Positions 1 to 14,541 of a stretch of DNA of 64,000 bases are shown here, piece after piece. The notes beneath the pieces were generated by a model. The model made no database searches and was not told the origin of the DNA. It saw nothing but the letters and a program-made list of their open reading frames with translations. The position numbers were made by a program, and so were the translations under genes. The first letter of the stretch is position 1; the number at the start of each line of letters is the position of its first letter. The DNA lies in the NCBI GenBank assembly GCA_964016885.1, contig OZ024747.1:14384001-14448000 (forward strand), given 5' to 3'. Source of the stretch: Eledone cirrhosa. Its lineage: Eukaryota.

Positions 1-160
1 GTTGATTCCTTGAGCAAGACACTTTATTGAACCTTGTTCCAGTTTACTCAGCTGTAGAAATGTAATGATAGGACTGGGGTCTCTATCATTAAAATCACCC
101 AAGACACCTCCAACAAGACATTCCTTGGAGGAGGCCAGCTAAACCTGCATAGGTGTCACA
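1..160 (+). mobile_element. SINE family B (tRNA head, CORE/V-like middle), cut off by the window start and ending in (CA)n
   Basis: TCCTTGAGCAAGACACTTTAT...CCAGTTTACTCAGCTGTAGAAA...GGAGGAGGCCAGCTAAACCTGCA matches the copies at 16450-16680 (-) and 40318-40565 (+). Confidence 0.8.
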
Positions 161-166
161 CGCACA

Positions 167-267
<101 letters not shown>

Positions 268-596
268 TTTGTGTTTATACCATGTAAATTAGAGGTTCAA
301 CAAATAAGATATCGATAAAATAAGTACCAGACTTGAACAAATAGAAACGGGGTCGACGTGAATGACTAAATTCAAGTCAATGCCCAGAACGATTGAATTC
401 TTTAGACTGAAACAAGAAGAATTAAATACAATATGCAGCTAAACGACAATAACCCATTAAGACTAATAACTAAAATGTCTAGGACCCGAACACAACAGAT
501 TTCAATGATCCGTGCACTTAAATCAACAGAGTGTACGAACCATCGACCTTTGGACTAATAGTCCGCTTATACAATACCACACAGTCATCTTCTTCA

Positions 597-658
<62 letters not shown>

Positions 659-1329
659 CCTCTCCCTCTCTCTCTCTCACTCTCCCTCACTCTCTCCATC
701 ACTCTCTCTCTCTCTCTCTCTTACTCCCTCTCTTCTTTTCTCCATCTCACTCTTTTTTCACCCTCTCTATCTGTTTCCAATATGTGAATGGAAATTAATA
801 AAATAAAATAAAATAAAACATACTATAAAAAAAAATATTATTTTGAACTGAAACCAAAAAAAAACCAAAAAAAAAACCCAACAAACAAACAAACAAAAAA
901 CAACCAACAAAAACAAAACAAAGAGGACAAAAAAAAATAAAGAAAGAAGATGGAAGACATTTTCGTTTGTATGAAAATCTAAAAATAAATTAATGAAAAT
1001 GTCTGAATAAGAAATAAAAGGAATTTGATTTTTAGATTGTATTGTGCTTTTATTGTCTTTCTTCTTGCTTTGTTAACCTTCCGGTAATTAAGTTTCCTAT
1101 TCAGTCTCTTTGTGACTTGTAATAAATCCTCTTTTCTTCGTCTCTTCTCTATTTAGATTTCACTTCGATTTTCATTACATTTCCTATCCTCTTCAACCTC
1201 CTTTCTGCACACTCGGCTTTCACTCTTCACCTTCGTCCTCATCATTGTTGTCGTCAGCCTCTTCCTCCTCCTCTTCTTCCGGCTCTCTCTTTCTCTCTGT
1301 CTCTTTCTCTTTCTTTCTCTCTTTTTCTT

Positions 1330-1370
<41 letters not shown>

Positions 1371-1427
1371 TTGTTTCTTTTTAATCTCTCTTGGTTGTGA
1401 GAGGAACGGGTTGAGTGATCGAGAGAG

Positions 1428-1468
<41 letters not shown>

Positions 1469-1534
1469 GCGACATGAAACCAAGCACATATGTACACATA
1501 TGCTATCAGCATGCGTGCGAGAAAGAGAGAGAAG

Positions 1535-1572
<38 letters not shown>

Positions 1573-1789
1573 GAAGAGAGAAGAGATAGAGATAGATAAA
1601 TAGAGAAGGAGAGAGAGAGAGAGAAAGAATGAAAGAGAGAGAGGATGTCAGGCAGACGGGCGGACAGAGTAGAGTGTGAGATGGTGAAAGACGGACTGGA
1701 AGACATATTGGATTTGTAAGAAGAGTGATGTATAGAAAAAGAAAGGAATGGTGGAGAGTTGGAGATGAATGGAGAAATAGAGAGAAAGA

Positions 1790-2420
1790 ATGAGAGAGAA
1801 GTTGAGAGAGGGAGGGAGGTTCGGAGAGACGGAGGTTGAGAGAGGGGGGAGAGCTTGGGAGAGTGAGAGAGGTTTAGAGACAGGAAGGTTGAGAGAGAGG
1901 GAGGTAGGGAGAGAGAGAGGGAGATTGAGAGAGAGTGGAGGTTGGGAGAGAGATGTTAAGAGAGAGGGAGGTTGAGAGAGAGGGAGGTTGAGAGAGAGTG
2001 GAGTTTGGGAGAGAGAGATGTTAAGAGAGAGGGAGGTTGAGAGAGAGGGAGGTTGAGAGAGAGAGGAAGGTAGGGGGAGAGAGAGGTTGGGAGAGAGAGG
2101 GAGATTGAGAAAGAGAGGAGGTTGGGAGAGAGAGATGTTAAGAGAGAGGGAGGTTGAGAGAGAGGGAGGTTGAGAGAGAGTGGAGTTTGGGAGAGAGAGA
2201 TGTTAAGAGAGAGGGAGGTTGAGAGAGAGGGAGGTTGAGAGAGAGAGGGAGGTAGGGGGAGAGAGAGGTTGGGAGAGAGAGGGAGATTGAGAGAGAGTGG
2301 AGGTTGGGAGAGAGAGATGTTAAGAGAGAGGGAGGTTGAGAGAGAGGGGAGGTTGAGAGAGATGTTAAGAGAGACGGAGGTTGAGAAAGAGGGAGGTTGA
2401 GAGAGAGGGGAGGAGAAAGA
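1790..2420. repeat. GA-rich minisatellite with GAGAGAGGGAGGTT-type units and higher-order repeats
   Basis: Tandem units directly visible. Confidence 0.9.
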
Positions 2421-2669
2421 GAGGAAAGGAAAGGTAGAGTGATGTAACAATGGTTGGACAGAACGTGTGTGTGTGTATACGTGTGTGTGCGTTTGTCCGC
2501 GTCTGTGTATAAAAGAGGAGTGAGGGGGTGACTGGTCGAATGTTATTGTTAAATGTTGCATTAAAATACATGAATGAAAAACATCGAATTGTAATACGAA
2601 GAGAAGCCTCCTGCCCCCACCCCGTCATCCACATATATATACATACACAGCATAATATATACATATATG

Positions 2670-3094
2670 TAAAAGTTCTATTTAAATTGTTGGGATACAA
2701 CAAGCAAATATTTTTATAACTGATATAAAGCACTCAACAAATAATTGGAGTAAAAATACGATATTAACAAATGGAAACTATATTTATAAAACCATATTTA
2801 TTTCATTATACATATTTCAAGGACACCAAGTTAAATTATGGTGTGCTTTCATCAGATAAAATATAATATAGATCAGTTTTATTAATAAATATTGACATAC
2901 CCTTAAATGACTATCCGAGAGCTTCCAACAGTAATGGTTGCATTCTTTAAGGGTATGTGAATATTTATTTATAAAACTGCTCTATATTATATTTTATCTG
3001 ATGAAAGCACACCGTAATTTAACTTGGTGTCCTTGAAATATGTATAATGAAATAAATATGGTTTTATAAATATAGTTTCCATTTGTTAATATCA
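2670..3094. mobile_element. Penelope-like terminal (pLTR) element, family 1, with fold-back arms, inserted in (TA)n
   Basis: Inverted arms at about 2760-2906 and 2947-3094, with a hammerhead in each; further copies at 29093-29378 and 34930-35402. Confidence 0.8.
2990..3054 (+). ncRNA. Type I hammerhead ribozyme, family 1 (mirror copy at 2799-2863 on -)
   Basis: UAUUUUAU CUGAUGA AAGC-ACACC...GGUGU-CCUU GAA AUAUGUAU A AUGAAAUA: intact core, 8-bp stem I, self-complementary stem III. Confidence 0.8.
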
Positions 3095-3110
3095 TATATA
3101 TATATATATA

Positions 3111-3185
3111 GGGTCGTCAATTATGCAATTTGTAGAAATTTGTTGAAGAAACCCAAATGTCTACAAATTTCAGACTTGACGACCC
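3111..3185. mobile_element. Very small MITE-like hairpin
   Basis: 10-bp terminal inverted repeats GGGTCGTCAA/TTGACGACCC plus an inner ATTTGTAGA/TCTACAAAT pair. Confidence 0.5.
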
Positions 3186-3202
3186 AATACATGCATACAT
3201 AA

Positions 3203-3350
<148 letters not shown>

Positions 3351-3561
3351 AATAAAGATTCAGCGAGCAGGAAAAGCGAAGCAAAACGCAAAAATCAGAA
3401 ATGATACTGGCAAAGTGCTCAATAGTTAAAAACCAGAGCTAAACAATGTGTTGAGAAGCCATACAAAATTGAAAAGGTGGTCAAGAAAGCATTAACCACC
3501 CAAGCCAAAAACCAAATCAAGTTAAACAGGTCAAAACAAAATAAATGATAAAAAATAAGTG

Positions 3562-3608
<47 letters not shown>

Positions 3609-4089
3609 CACACCCATACATATATAGAAATAAAGATATATGCTATCACAATCATTGATAAAACACACACATACACATACTTATAGAGAAATTTATGCAA
3701 TCACAATCATTGCTAAACCTACAATGGCATAAGTACATTTTAAAAGGTTGACGCAGACATATATAAACACAAAACACAGATACACGCTCAATTTCCCATA
3801 TATACATATATAAGTAAGCTCATAGACACACACAAACGTGAATGCAAACATATACTAACATGTAAACACACACTAATAGGTGCTGGTCAACGTTGTCTTG
3901 ACTCTAATGTCTAAAGTAAGCTAAGACAAACAGAAAAAAAGCATTACACATACATACAAACACACTCATATGCACGCAAATCAAAGAGGTAGCCACGCTT
4001 GATCTGCTAAAAATAGCGAGCAAATCACGCTCGACTGTCTTAAATATGGGTGAAGGTCAAATTGGATAATGTAATGAACAAACACAAAA

Positions 4090-4272
4090 TAATTGTTTTT
4101 ACGTTTGGCACAAGGCCAGCAATTATCACAGTATATTACTGGTACTTTATTTTATCGACCCCGTAAGGATGACAAGCAAAGTTAACCTCTGCAGGATTTG
4201 AACTCAGACCATAAAGGGCCGTAACTCTTTGCTGCAAAGCATGGCGTCTGACCCTCTACCGATACTGACAAT
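4090..4272 (-). mobile_element. tRNA-derived SINE family A (Nin-domain-like)
   Basis: Family sense strand has A box TGGCAGTATCGG, B box GAGTTCAAATCC, then TTTGCCTTTCATCCTTACGGGGTCGATAAAATAAAGTACCAG; about 15 copies in the window. Confidence 0.85.
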
Positions 4273-5845
4273 GAACAAACAGAAAATAATAAATACGAGG
4301 TACTCTTAGCTGGAGCTTGATTATTGGACTCTTCGATATATATATCGCTGTCTTAAGATGCATTACATCCATCCGATGGTGACAGGAATAATCAGTTTAA
4401 AATTCTTCTATATATTTAGCTTATTCTCAGCCTAGTCATCTATATGTAAACATTCCTCTGTTCCTTTTACCAGTATGGTTATCTTCTCTTTGTGTAAGAG
4501 TTGGTCTCAGGTTATTTCTTTCTCCTGATCAAGATCAGAGATCAGAGATTAGTTTGTAGGGCCCAGTACGACAAGGTCGATAAACTTAATCCCCAGTTTG
4601 GCTATGAAAAGATGGGAGATGTCCGCGCACCCATCTTTAACAAAACCAAGAGTCTGATGATCTATTGATGCCAGAGTTGGTACCGATCGATACGGTTCGA
4701 ACCTTGACCTGAACAATCCCATAACCCACGTCACGCCTGAATAAACTTAATTATGCTACTCTGACACTTCATTCCTACTTATTTGGTGAAATTGGATGGA
4801 GAGAAATCCTTTGCAAATCTGTCGGATGGATACCCAAATCTGTTATGAAATACCCAGTTTTGTTACACAATTCGTCATCGCATACACAGGTTATGATATC
4901 GAACTTAGTTGATAACTGGTATTCATGTCATCGATAGGGTAAAAATGAAACGCAAGTTGAACTCAAAACGTATTAGACTATGATAAACCCTTTCTTAACC
5001 ATATTTACAAGGAAATACATTTTAAGTTCCAATTAATCTTGAATATAAACAAGATTTTGTATGCATATATTAAGATGTCTAATATTTTAATTAATGTGTG
5101 TATTAAATCAGTATTTATTGCATAATTTTTAAAACGTTTTCATTTTTTAGGATGCATGGTCATTAATATAGATATGAACAGTTTTGAATAGATTATTTTC
5201 GCATCAGAAATTCAAAGCCAGTTGTAATCAAAAGGAGTGTATAATTGTTTCTACTTTAGGCACAAGGCCAGCAAATACCCAGTGTATTACTGGTACTTTA
5301 TTTTATCGACCCCGTAAGGATGAAAGGTAAAGTCAACCTCGGCGTGTATAATGTTTAGTATTTAGTTCGACAGTCTTACAATTTTACAATTCTTGTGAAA
5401 GCCAAACTAGAGATATCATCGTCATCATCGTCGCTGCGGTCGTTGTCGTCATCATCATTGCTGTCACCGATGTTGTAGCCGTCATCACCGTCATCGTCAT
5501 TGTCGCCATCACCGTCATCGTCATCGTCATCGCCGTCATCGTCGTCGCCATCCACATCTTGATTGTCATAATCAGCTCATAATCTGTATCTGTCTGTGGG
5601 AGCGTCTCATCAAAAAGACTAATTGACTCTCAGAGGAGTCAGGACTAGAAGCCGTATTCTGAAAGTATCCCCCAAAAGAATAGAACACAGACAAATGTAA
5701 ACATGTCATCTGTGTTCCAATTTCATCTTCTACAGACAAGAGATCTCATATTTACCACCCTCCACCCAATGTCCCTCATATTTTCTTTGTTTATTTGTAC
5801 ACATAAATACCATGAAGTCAAGTATTTTAGTTTGACCCTAGCCAA

Positions 5846-5923
<78 letters not shown>

Positions 5924-5924
5924 G

Positions 5925-6031
<107 letters not shown>

Positions 6032-6057
6032 CATCCATCTTTCTATCCATCAACCTT

Positions 6058-6119
<62 letters not shown>

Positions 6120-6580
6120 CACACACACATATATATATATATATATGTATATATACTTAGAGAGATATCTTTCTTTATTTGCCACAAGGGCGTACAAGAA
6201 ATGGGACATTACAAGATTACAAAAAGTGACGGCGGGGGTTTTACATAACAATCATATAACTTTAACATTACTTAGATAGACAGACATCCATATGTATCTA
6301 TTTATCTACCAAGTTATCTTGCTGTATAAACTAGATATATAGCTGCCACATTCACAGATACTACTATACATTCAGAAAATGCGTCTAATCTGCACACACA
6401 CACACAATCCGTTGAGCTTTTAACAAGGTGAAACTTACAAGTGCCTATTATCCTTAGTAATAACAAGTATAATAATTTGACTTTACATTTCCTTTGGAGT
6501 TAGAAATCAGATTAGGTTTTAGCGATGTATTATATGCTCCAATCCGGGAAATACAACTACATTGCTATATATTTAATATG

Positions 6581-6793
6581 CAGGGTGTTTACGAAACCAT
6601 TCCTCGATTTCAATTGCTTATAATATGAAAACTTTCAAGAATATTCTTACAATATTGGTGACTACAGTTGCATAAACAAAAGAAGTTTCATGTGGTATTG
6701 GTTGATATTATAGACACTCGATGTATGCCCCTTTCGTTGTTCGGCAAACATCCATACGATAACCAAGCTCTGAGTCTTTTTCTGGTCACCCTG
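6581..6793. mobile_element. Tc1/mariner-type MITE
   Basis: CAGGGTG...CACCCTG termini, followed by TA. Confidence 0.55.
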
Positions 6794-6949
6794 TACATTA
6801 TGATAAACACCCATATGCCCAACCACTAAAAAACATGTATATCATATGATATATATACAGAGAAAAGACACACTTTGGTCATGAATGAAAATTGGATTTG
6901 CAGCTAGAAAATTACCGTTCCGAGGCAGAAGTCCAATCAAGGTGTTTTT

Positions 6950-7160
6950 GTGGAAGACCAGCAGTTGCCCATGCATACCAGTCTCACTGCACCATGCCAC
7001 TGGTGTAGTTCAAGGGAAAGGCAATGGCCGATATAGCTTGGCACCAGTGACATCGTAACTCTTTTCTACAACTGTGTGAATAGGAATAGCGTGAAGTAAA
7101 GTGTTTTGTTGAAAAATACATTGCATCGCCAGGGCCGGGAATCGAACTCACAAACTCACG
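6950..7160 (-). mobile_element. Diverged tRNA-SINE related to family B
   Basis: Minus strand carries GAGTTCGATTCCCGG (B box) and a CAAAACACTTTACTTCACGCT domain. Confidence 0.6.
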
Positions 7161-9689
7161 ATTATTTCTTTGTGGGTTGAAGGAACATTAACGCCGAAGA
7201 TAGTTTTATCAACTCTAACTATGGGATGTATATATTTCATGCCTGCTATTCCCCTACCAAATAAAACAGTAAAATATATGTTTGTATATGCATGTATCTA
7301 TGTTTGTAAGTATGTATGTAAGTATATGTGTATATGTGTGTATATATGCCTGCATATAGGTATGTATGCATGTACACATGTATATATTTATTCATATATG
7401 TACGTATGCATGCTTGCTTGTATAGATGCATGTATGTATGTATGTATGTATGTATGCATGTACATATGCATGCATGTATGTACATATGTATGTTTGTATG
7501 AATGGGTGGATGGATGGATGGATGGATGTACGCATGTATGTGTATGTGAATATGTGTATGTGTTTCTACATATGTAAATACTTGTAAATTATTCTTTCGT
7601 TTGAACGCACTTAGACACCATACACACACTGTTAACAAAAGAAAAAAGACACACACGCACACACACACACATTTTTCTGTGTGTATGTATGTTTATATGT
7701 ATACGTATGTGTATATATGTATGTGCATGTGTATATATATGTATGTGTATGTGTGTGTATTTGCGTCCAAATATTTGACTGGAATCTAAAAATGGCGGCA
7801 ACCGAAGATTAATACTGAATCATTATGCAGGATTTTTTAATCATTTCTGTTTATTTAAAGATAGACTTCGGCTCGTCACAATGTGATAAATCAAATCTGG
7901 ACTTACTAAACCTTTATTCTGCTGTCACCCGGAAAGTGAAACTAGTTCACAACATCTAATTAAACTTTCAAATCCTTTCCATAAAATAATACTCTGATAT
8001 AAACGTAGACATTAAAATATGAGTCTTGCTATCATGAGTATTGTGTAGTTTTCCCATTCTCGCTTTTTTTATATCTAGGTCAGCTCTGGTTAAACATTGC
8101 AAAATGAGACACTTTGACAATCCCATACTTTCCCCAGCCTTACTGTATATAGGGCTTCATTATCATATGTCATTCCATTTGTAAAACTGGAAGGAAATTT
8201 GGCTATTATTTCTAGCAATTTTGGTGCTTTCATAAAGAACCGTTTGATGTCTCGAATCTATGCTTGTTATTGTTTTTGTGTAACCCAAATATTGGCTCTG
8301 GTTTAGCTTAACTATGATGAAACGACGCTTTTCTTGATTCAGGCCTAAATCCTATCTTGTCGTCAAATTTGAGATGATAACACACAGTACTAGATCGAAT
8401 ACCACACAATAGCCCATAATACTTCAACAGTTACACTAATCCTGAACTTTCGATTGGTACTTTATTTATCGAGTCCCAAAAAACGATTGGTAAAGCTGAC
8501 TTCAATAGAAATTGAACTCAAAGCGTAGAGAATTTGCTGAAATACCTCAAAGAATGCAATCCGAAAGTTTAACGATTCTGCCAACTGACTACCTTCATTT
8601 CAGGAATAATATATCCATGATCAAGTTACCCAGTAAAGCGAAATATTTTAAAAACCTTAGGGTGAAATTGGAGGGGTATGATTTGACTGTTATTTCTTGC
8701 AGGTTTGAGAAGATCTGTGAAGTGCAACGTTTCAAAACGTTTTTGGAAAGCAACAAAAACAATAAAGAAAAAGAGAGATAGCCTATTCATAAGAGATTGA
8801 TTTTTAGTATATTAAATACAGTGTGAGGAAATTTAATATTTGGTTAAGGAAGAAAACCGATAATTTTGCTGTAAGAGAAGATGATGGAGAATCTCGCCTG
8901 ATATTCTCTGATAATCTATCAAATATTAGATATCTGCATATTAGATAATATTAGATCTGCAAATGAGTATAGCCAAATAAATTTACTGTTATGATAATTG
9001 ACTAAATATCTTTTATCGCATAACATTTCGGAATTTCAGAATATTGTATATATAAACTATATAGAAATGGTTGGAATTATACAAGACGTTTATACTAGAG
9101 GTTTATTTATCAAAGGAAGGACTTCCACCCTCTTTAAAATGAATTCATGTATTTCTTACGAACGATAAGAGTTAATAGCGGTTTCTCTAGAAAGCAAATT
9201 CTAAGAGAATCGATGGAAATCCTAGCCTACCTAAAGAAATATACACATATTCTTGACTGGTAGACTGCCGTTCCGATTAATGCAACCAGCCAGTCATACA
9301 TATACCTTTAGCGGACTTCCCACTAGAATAGACATTGAAACTAGGTTCTCAGGTTGAAATAAATAAAAGAAAGAAACTTTTTATATCCTGATGTGATGTT
9401 TCATTGCAGTAATACGTAAGTTGTGGGTTTTCCCTGTTCTTCTACTACCGCTCTCTGAGACCCTCCAAAAGAGTCATCATAACCGTAGCTTCTCCCTTTT
9501 GAACGAGGCCATGCTTAATTCCAAACCAAGTTGGAAATGATCTTTGAAAAGAGTTTATATCATTCTACACTCTCCATTTATATAATCCCGCATTCTGAAC
9601 TAATTTTGAAGGACAGCATTCTTCTACTTTTTATTCCCTGTCGACACAATAGCGATACCAAACCATATTTACCTATAATACTGTAAGTA

Positions 9690-10400
9690 TACTATACAAC
9701 ACCAATCCATGCTACACCATACTAAACCATAATACACCATAGCATGTCACATTATACCACATAATACCATACCATGTCACATTATACCACATTATACCAT
9801 ACCACACTATACCATATCACACTATACCACATTATACCATACCGCACCATTCCATAAATTACCACATAATACCATATCACACTATACCACATTATACCAT
9901 ACCGCACCATTCCATACCACACCAAACTATACCATAGTACACCATAGCATGTCACATGATACCACATAATACCATACCATACTATACCATAACACACCAT
10001 ATCATATCACACTATACTACATTATACCATACCACATCATACCATATCACACTATAACACATCATACCATACCACACCATACCCTATCACACTATACCAC
10101 ATTATACCATACCACAGAATTCCATAAATTACAACACAATACCATACCACATTATACCACATTATACAATAGCATATTATACCATACCACACCATTCCAT
10201 ACCACACAATACCATATCAAACTATACCACATTATACCATAGCATATCATACCAAATCACACAACACCATATCATACCATAGCATGCCATATCACACAAT
10301 ACCATATCACACTATATCACATCATGCCATAGCATGTCATTCCACACAATACCATATCACACTATACCATATTATACCATACCATATCACACCATACAAT
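9690..10400. repeat. Satellite built on the ATACC pentamer, with higher-order units
   Basis: Recurring ACCATATCACACTATACCACATTATACCAT. Confidence 0.9.
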
Positions 10401-10473
10401 ATTTCACTTACCTATAGGGTGCAACTATATTTTTCTGATATTTACTTCATTACATTCTTATAAAGCAGTCTAA

Positions 10474-10710
10474 TTAAATTCCAAATCCTTTCTTTGAAAT
10501 GTTACAAATGGCAACAACACTGCCAAATACAGTCATTATTCCTGCAGAGAATAGCACAGCCCAGTGACAAGTAACCAATTATTATAGGCATAAGTGAAAG
10601 CAGCAACGTAACCTTCATTTTGATAACCACGCAAAAGCCAAGGCTTATAGCTACAAATTCCACCTCAACACGAAGCTATATCAAATGAACTCTCAAGCAA
10701 TATCGTCATC
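10474..10710 (-). pseudogene. Possible decayed exon resembling a tetraspanin C-terminus
   Basis: Acceptor ATTTCAG, then ...FDIASC*GGICSYKPWLLRGYQNEGYVAAFTYAYNNWLLVTGLC(frameshift)SAGIMTVFGSVVAICNISKKGFGI*; resembles SCC...GC...TM4. Confidence 0.25.
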
Positions 10711-10904
10711 CTGAAATGTATGTCTCGTGTTAAATGTAGTTCTCTTTGTTTTTTTTCTCTTTTCCACCTCATGTTTCCCGCATTTCGTTTCGTGCATGAC
10801 ATTTCAAAACTCACACCTCCATGTTTATATTAGACATTCACTTGTTTGCATTTATCTATTAATACGTTGTTACCTTGTACACAATCATCTTCACCATCCA
10901 TAGT

Positions 10905-10968
<64 letters not shown>

Positions 10969-11011
10969 TCTCTCTCCCTCTCTCCCCTCTCGCTACCAAT
11001 ATATATATATG

Positions 11012-11062
<51 letters not shown>

Positions 11063-11076
11063 ATATGTATAAATAT

Positions 11077-11146
<70 letters not shown>

Positions 11147-11159
11147 ATATATTTATCTG

Positions 11160-11199
<40 letters not shown>

Positions 11200-11211
11200 C
11201 ATTTATGTATG

Positions 11212-11266
<55 letters not shown>

Positions 11267-11521
11267 GTGGTATGTGTGTGTAGAGAGAGAGAGAAATACA
11301 AACATATTTATAGTCACTGACGCATTCTTCTTCTTCTTCTTCTTCTTCTTCTTGCCCTGCTCCACCCCACCCTTCTCATTCCTCTTCTCTGTTTATTTCT
11401 GCCCCTTATTTATACACGCCAATCCCCATCTTAATGATGTCTTTCCTAGCTTGTTATGTAAACATACCTCATATATCTATCTTTCTATTCACACAGACAC
11501 ACACATACATAACTATATGTC

Positions 11522-11590
<69 letters not shown>

Positions 11591-11704
11591 CTGTGTACAT
11601 CTATCACTTTGTTCCTGTCAGTTATTTTTACTATTAAATCTCGTATTTAAACATCTTGTAATGATGCCCCGAGTATCTCCTACTGTAAAATAACGCTATC
11701 TAGA

Positions 11705-12440
11705 TTTGGCACAAGGCCAGCTATTTGAAGGAGGGGAGAGTCGATTCAATCGACACCAGTGCGTGACTGGTACTTTATGCTATGGACCTCTTAATGAGGA
11801 AAGGCTAAGCTAACCTCGACGGGATTTGAAATCAGAACGTAAAATATCGTAGCTTTATGCCACGAAGCATGGTGTCCGATTCTCTACCGATTCTGCCAAT
11901 CCACCACTCTCCTACCAGCTAATAATTGTTTCTACTTTTACCACAAGGCCAGCAATTATTCCAGTGTATTACTGGTACTAATAATGATTTCTACTATAAG
12001 CACAAGGCCAGCAATTTTTGGGTGGAGGGGAAAGTCGATTAAATCGATCCCAGTGCGTGACCGGTACTTTATTTTATCGACCCCGTAAGGGTGAAAGGCA
12101 AAGTTAACCTCGGCGGGATTTGTACTCAGATCATAAAGGGCGTAACTCTATGCTGCAAAGCATGGTGTCTGACTCCCTACCGATACTTACAATCCAACGC
12201 TCTCCTACTATTTAATAATTGTTTCTACTTTTGGCACAAGGCCAGCAATTACCCAGTACATTACTGGTACTTTATTTTATCGACTCCGTATGGATGAAAG
12301 GCAAAGTTAACCTCGGCGGGATTTGAATTCAGATCGTAAAGGGTCGTAACTCTATGCTAGAAAGCATGTTCGGTCCTCTACCGATACTGCCAATTCACCT
12401 ACTATTTAATAAGGATTTCTAGTATAGGCACAAGGGCAGT
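11705..12440 (-). mobile_element. Tandem cluster of SINE family A (3 near-full copies plus fragments)
   Basis: Repeated GCACAAGGCCAGC...CTCTACCGAT units. Confidence 0.85.
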
Positions 12441-13429
12441 TCTACTATCCAATAACACAAATTAAATATATCCGCTTATAAAAGATATATATCATACCCA
12501 TCTCCCCAATCCACTGAGGAAGCTTTTTCGTTGTCGTTCTAACTCCAAGATACATCAGCCAAATTGTCCTAAAATCACAATCTAAGATGAATGCATCAAA
12601 TAATCCAGTGGTTGATATATAAAACAACAGGATGGTCACCACTAGAACGCCTTCGTCTATAAAGTCTGATGAATCAAGCCTAGCAATAAAACAACACATC
12701 ACTTTGTAATGTTAGTCTTGTAAATGAATACTACAATTGTGAATATGAATGAAATTCTATATATTTTCAGAGAAATCATTACTTATTCTTTGCCTTCGGA
12801 CTACAACTCACTCTGAATGAAAGAGCAAAGAGCTTCTTTATGGTCGGTAACCTCGCTAGAAATGACAGCCATTTACAACAAATCTCACCGTACTGCAAAC
12901 ATATAAAAGCTGAAAAGAATCATGGAGGAATGTAATTATTGACTGAATGGTCAAGGCCGGAATTCTTTTGACCATAAATCTGCTGAATCAGGGGGTGATT
13001 GGAAGCGAAATTGAATCGAGAATAACAATCCTTTGCAATGTTTAGAATTATCAGGAAGATGGATAACAATTGTGAAGCCAAAGAATGGTATATCAGTAGA
13101 AGATACACCCACAAAGTATTTCAAATGTGGATTAAATATATCGAGAGATAATGATGGATATTATATATAACATACAAACGTTTTAAGGCAAACAATTAGC
13201 CAAGAGAAAATAGACAATCACACCATGGCCTAAAGAATAAGTCACACATACCCACACACCCACAGCACACACGCATACACACATAAACGTAATCGAACAC
13301 ACATGTTCATACACACACAGGAGCGGTGGAACAGAGCCCCCCCCGCCTTCCTCGATAATTATTTTTTTTTTCTTACACTACCAAAACACATTTATTTGTA
13401 CATGCGTTACAATTTATGTACATGTTATG

Positions 13430-13790
13430 TAGAGATAGATGGGAGAGATAGATATAGATATAGAGAGGGAGAGAGTTTGGTGGTAATTGTTATTGGGAGG
13501 AAGGTTGCGAGAGTGTGTTGTATATTAGATATAGAGAGGGGGAGATATTGATGTCTTTTGATATAAAGAGGGGGAGAGTTTGGTGGTAATTGATATAGAG
13601 AGGGGGCTGGGAGAGAGTTCTGTGTAGTAGATATAAAGAGGGGTAGAGTTTGGTGTTAATTGATATATAGAGGGGGTTGGAAGAGAGTTCCCTGTAGCAG
13701 ATATAGAGAGTGGGAGAGTTTGGTGTTGAATGATATAGAGAGAGGTATTTGAAGTGAGTTCCGTGTAGTAGATACAGAGAAGGGAAGAGT
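13430..13790. repeat. Minisatellite with a unit of about 30 bp (GATATAGAGAGGGGGAGAGTTTGGTGGTAATT)
   Basis: Degenerate tandem units. Confidence 0.75.
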
Positions 13791-13813
13791 TTCGTGATGA
13801 GACTTCTTCTTCT

Positions 13814-13894
13814 GGAGTCTCAGCTGCATACTCACAGGATCATCAGACAAGTCTGCCGATCCTGTGAGTGCGCAGGTGAAACTTTAGAGTAACA
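13814..13894. ncRNA. Fold-back pair of decayed hammerheads
   Basis: Consensus of the two arms: UGU CUGAUGA UCCUGUG AGUG CGCAGGU GAAA CUYUAGAG UA ACA; each arm has a core mutation. Confidence 0.55.
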
Positions 13895-13921
13895 CAGCTC
13901 AACAATAGCCATAATAAATAA

Positions 13922-13995
<74 letters not shown>

Positions 13996-14332
13996 CAAGT
14001 TATACGAGCATACTGAGAGAATGTTTGGCTTCAGAGCACATACTTGTGTCATTTCCCCCTTTATAAGTACATTTCTGAATAATCAAGACAATTATGAAAG
14101 ACTATTTTACTAAACAACTTACAATGCTGGAATGGAACGAGCCTCTGTCAGTTTCGACGATGAGCATTCCATTTGTTTGATCAACATGACAGTTCATGAA
14201 TAGGAGATGAAATTTATTGGGTATAATAGCAGTTTAATTGCGAAGAAGCTCGATATATTAACCCCTTAGAAAAGGGTACAGAGCATAATTATATATATAT
14301 ATATATTTATATATATAGAGAGAGAGAGGGAG

Positions 14333-14541
14333 AGGCGGTGGAACTGGGGGGAGGGGCATGCCCCCCTACTCATATTTTTGTCCCCAAACTACCAAAACAC
14401 ACATCTATTTGGATAATTTATGTATATGTTATGTTTATCGCCTATCGTAGTTTTCTGACCCATTTAGAGTGCAAAGAGCTAAACTAATCACAACTAAATT
14501 GAACAAATGTGTATCCCCCCAAGAAATACCTCCCAGCCCCT
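14333..14541. mobile_element. MITE-like element, possibly PIF/Harbinger type; related fragment at 13319-13430
   Basis: AGGCGGTGGAAC start and CAGCCCCTG end; both loci share ACTACCAAAACACA...ATGTTATGT. Confidence 0.4.

Noticed and set aside
4460-4860. Solo LTR with a primer-binding site (AATAAA...CA, then TGGTGA)
   Set aside because: No second LTR, target-site duplication or gag/pol sequence to support it.
10660-10675. In-frame TGA in SC*GGIC read as selenocysteine
   Set aside because: No SECIS was seen, and a downstream frameshift favours decay.
12445-12702. 85-aa non-repetitive ORF
   Set aside because: No recognisable motif or convincing splice sites.
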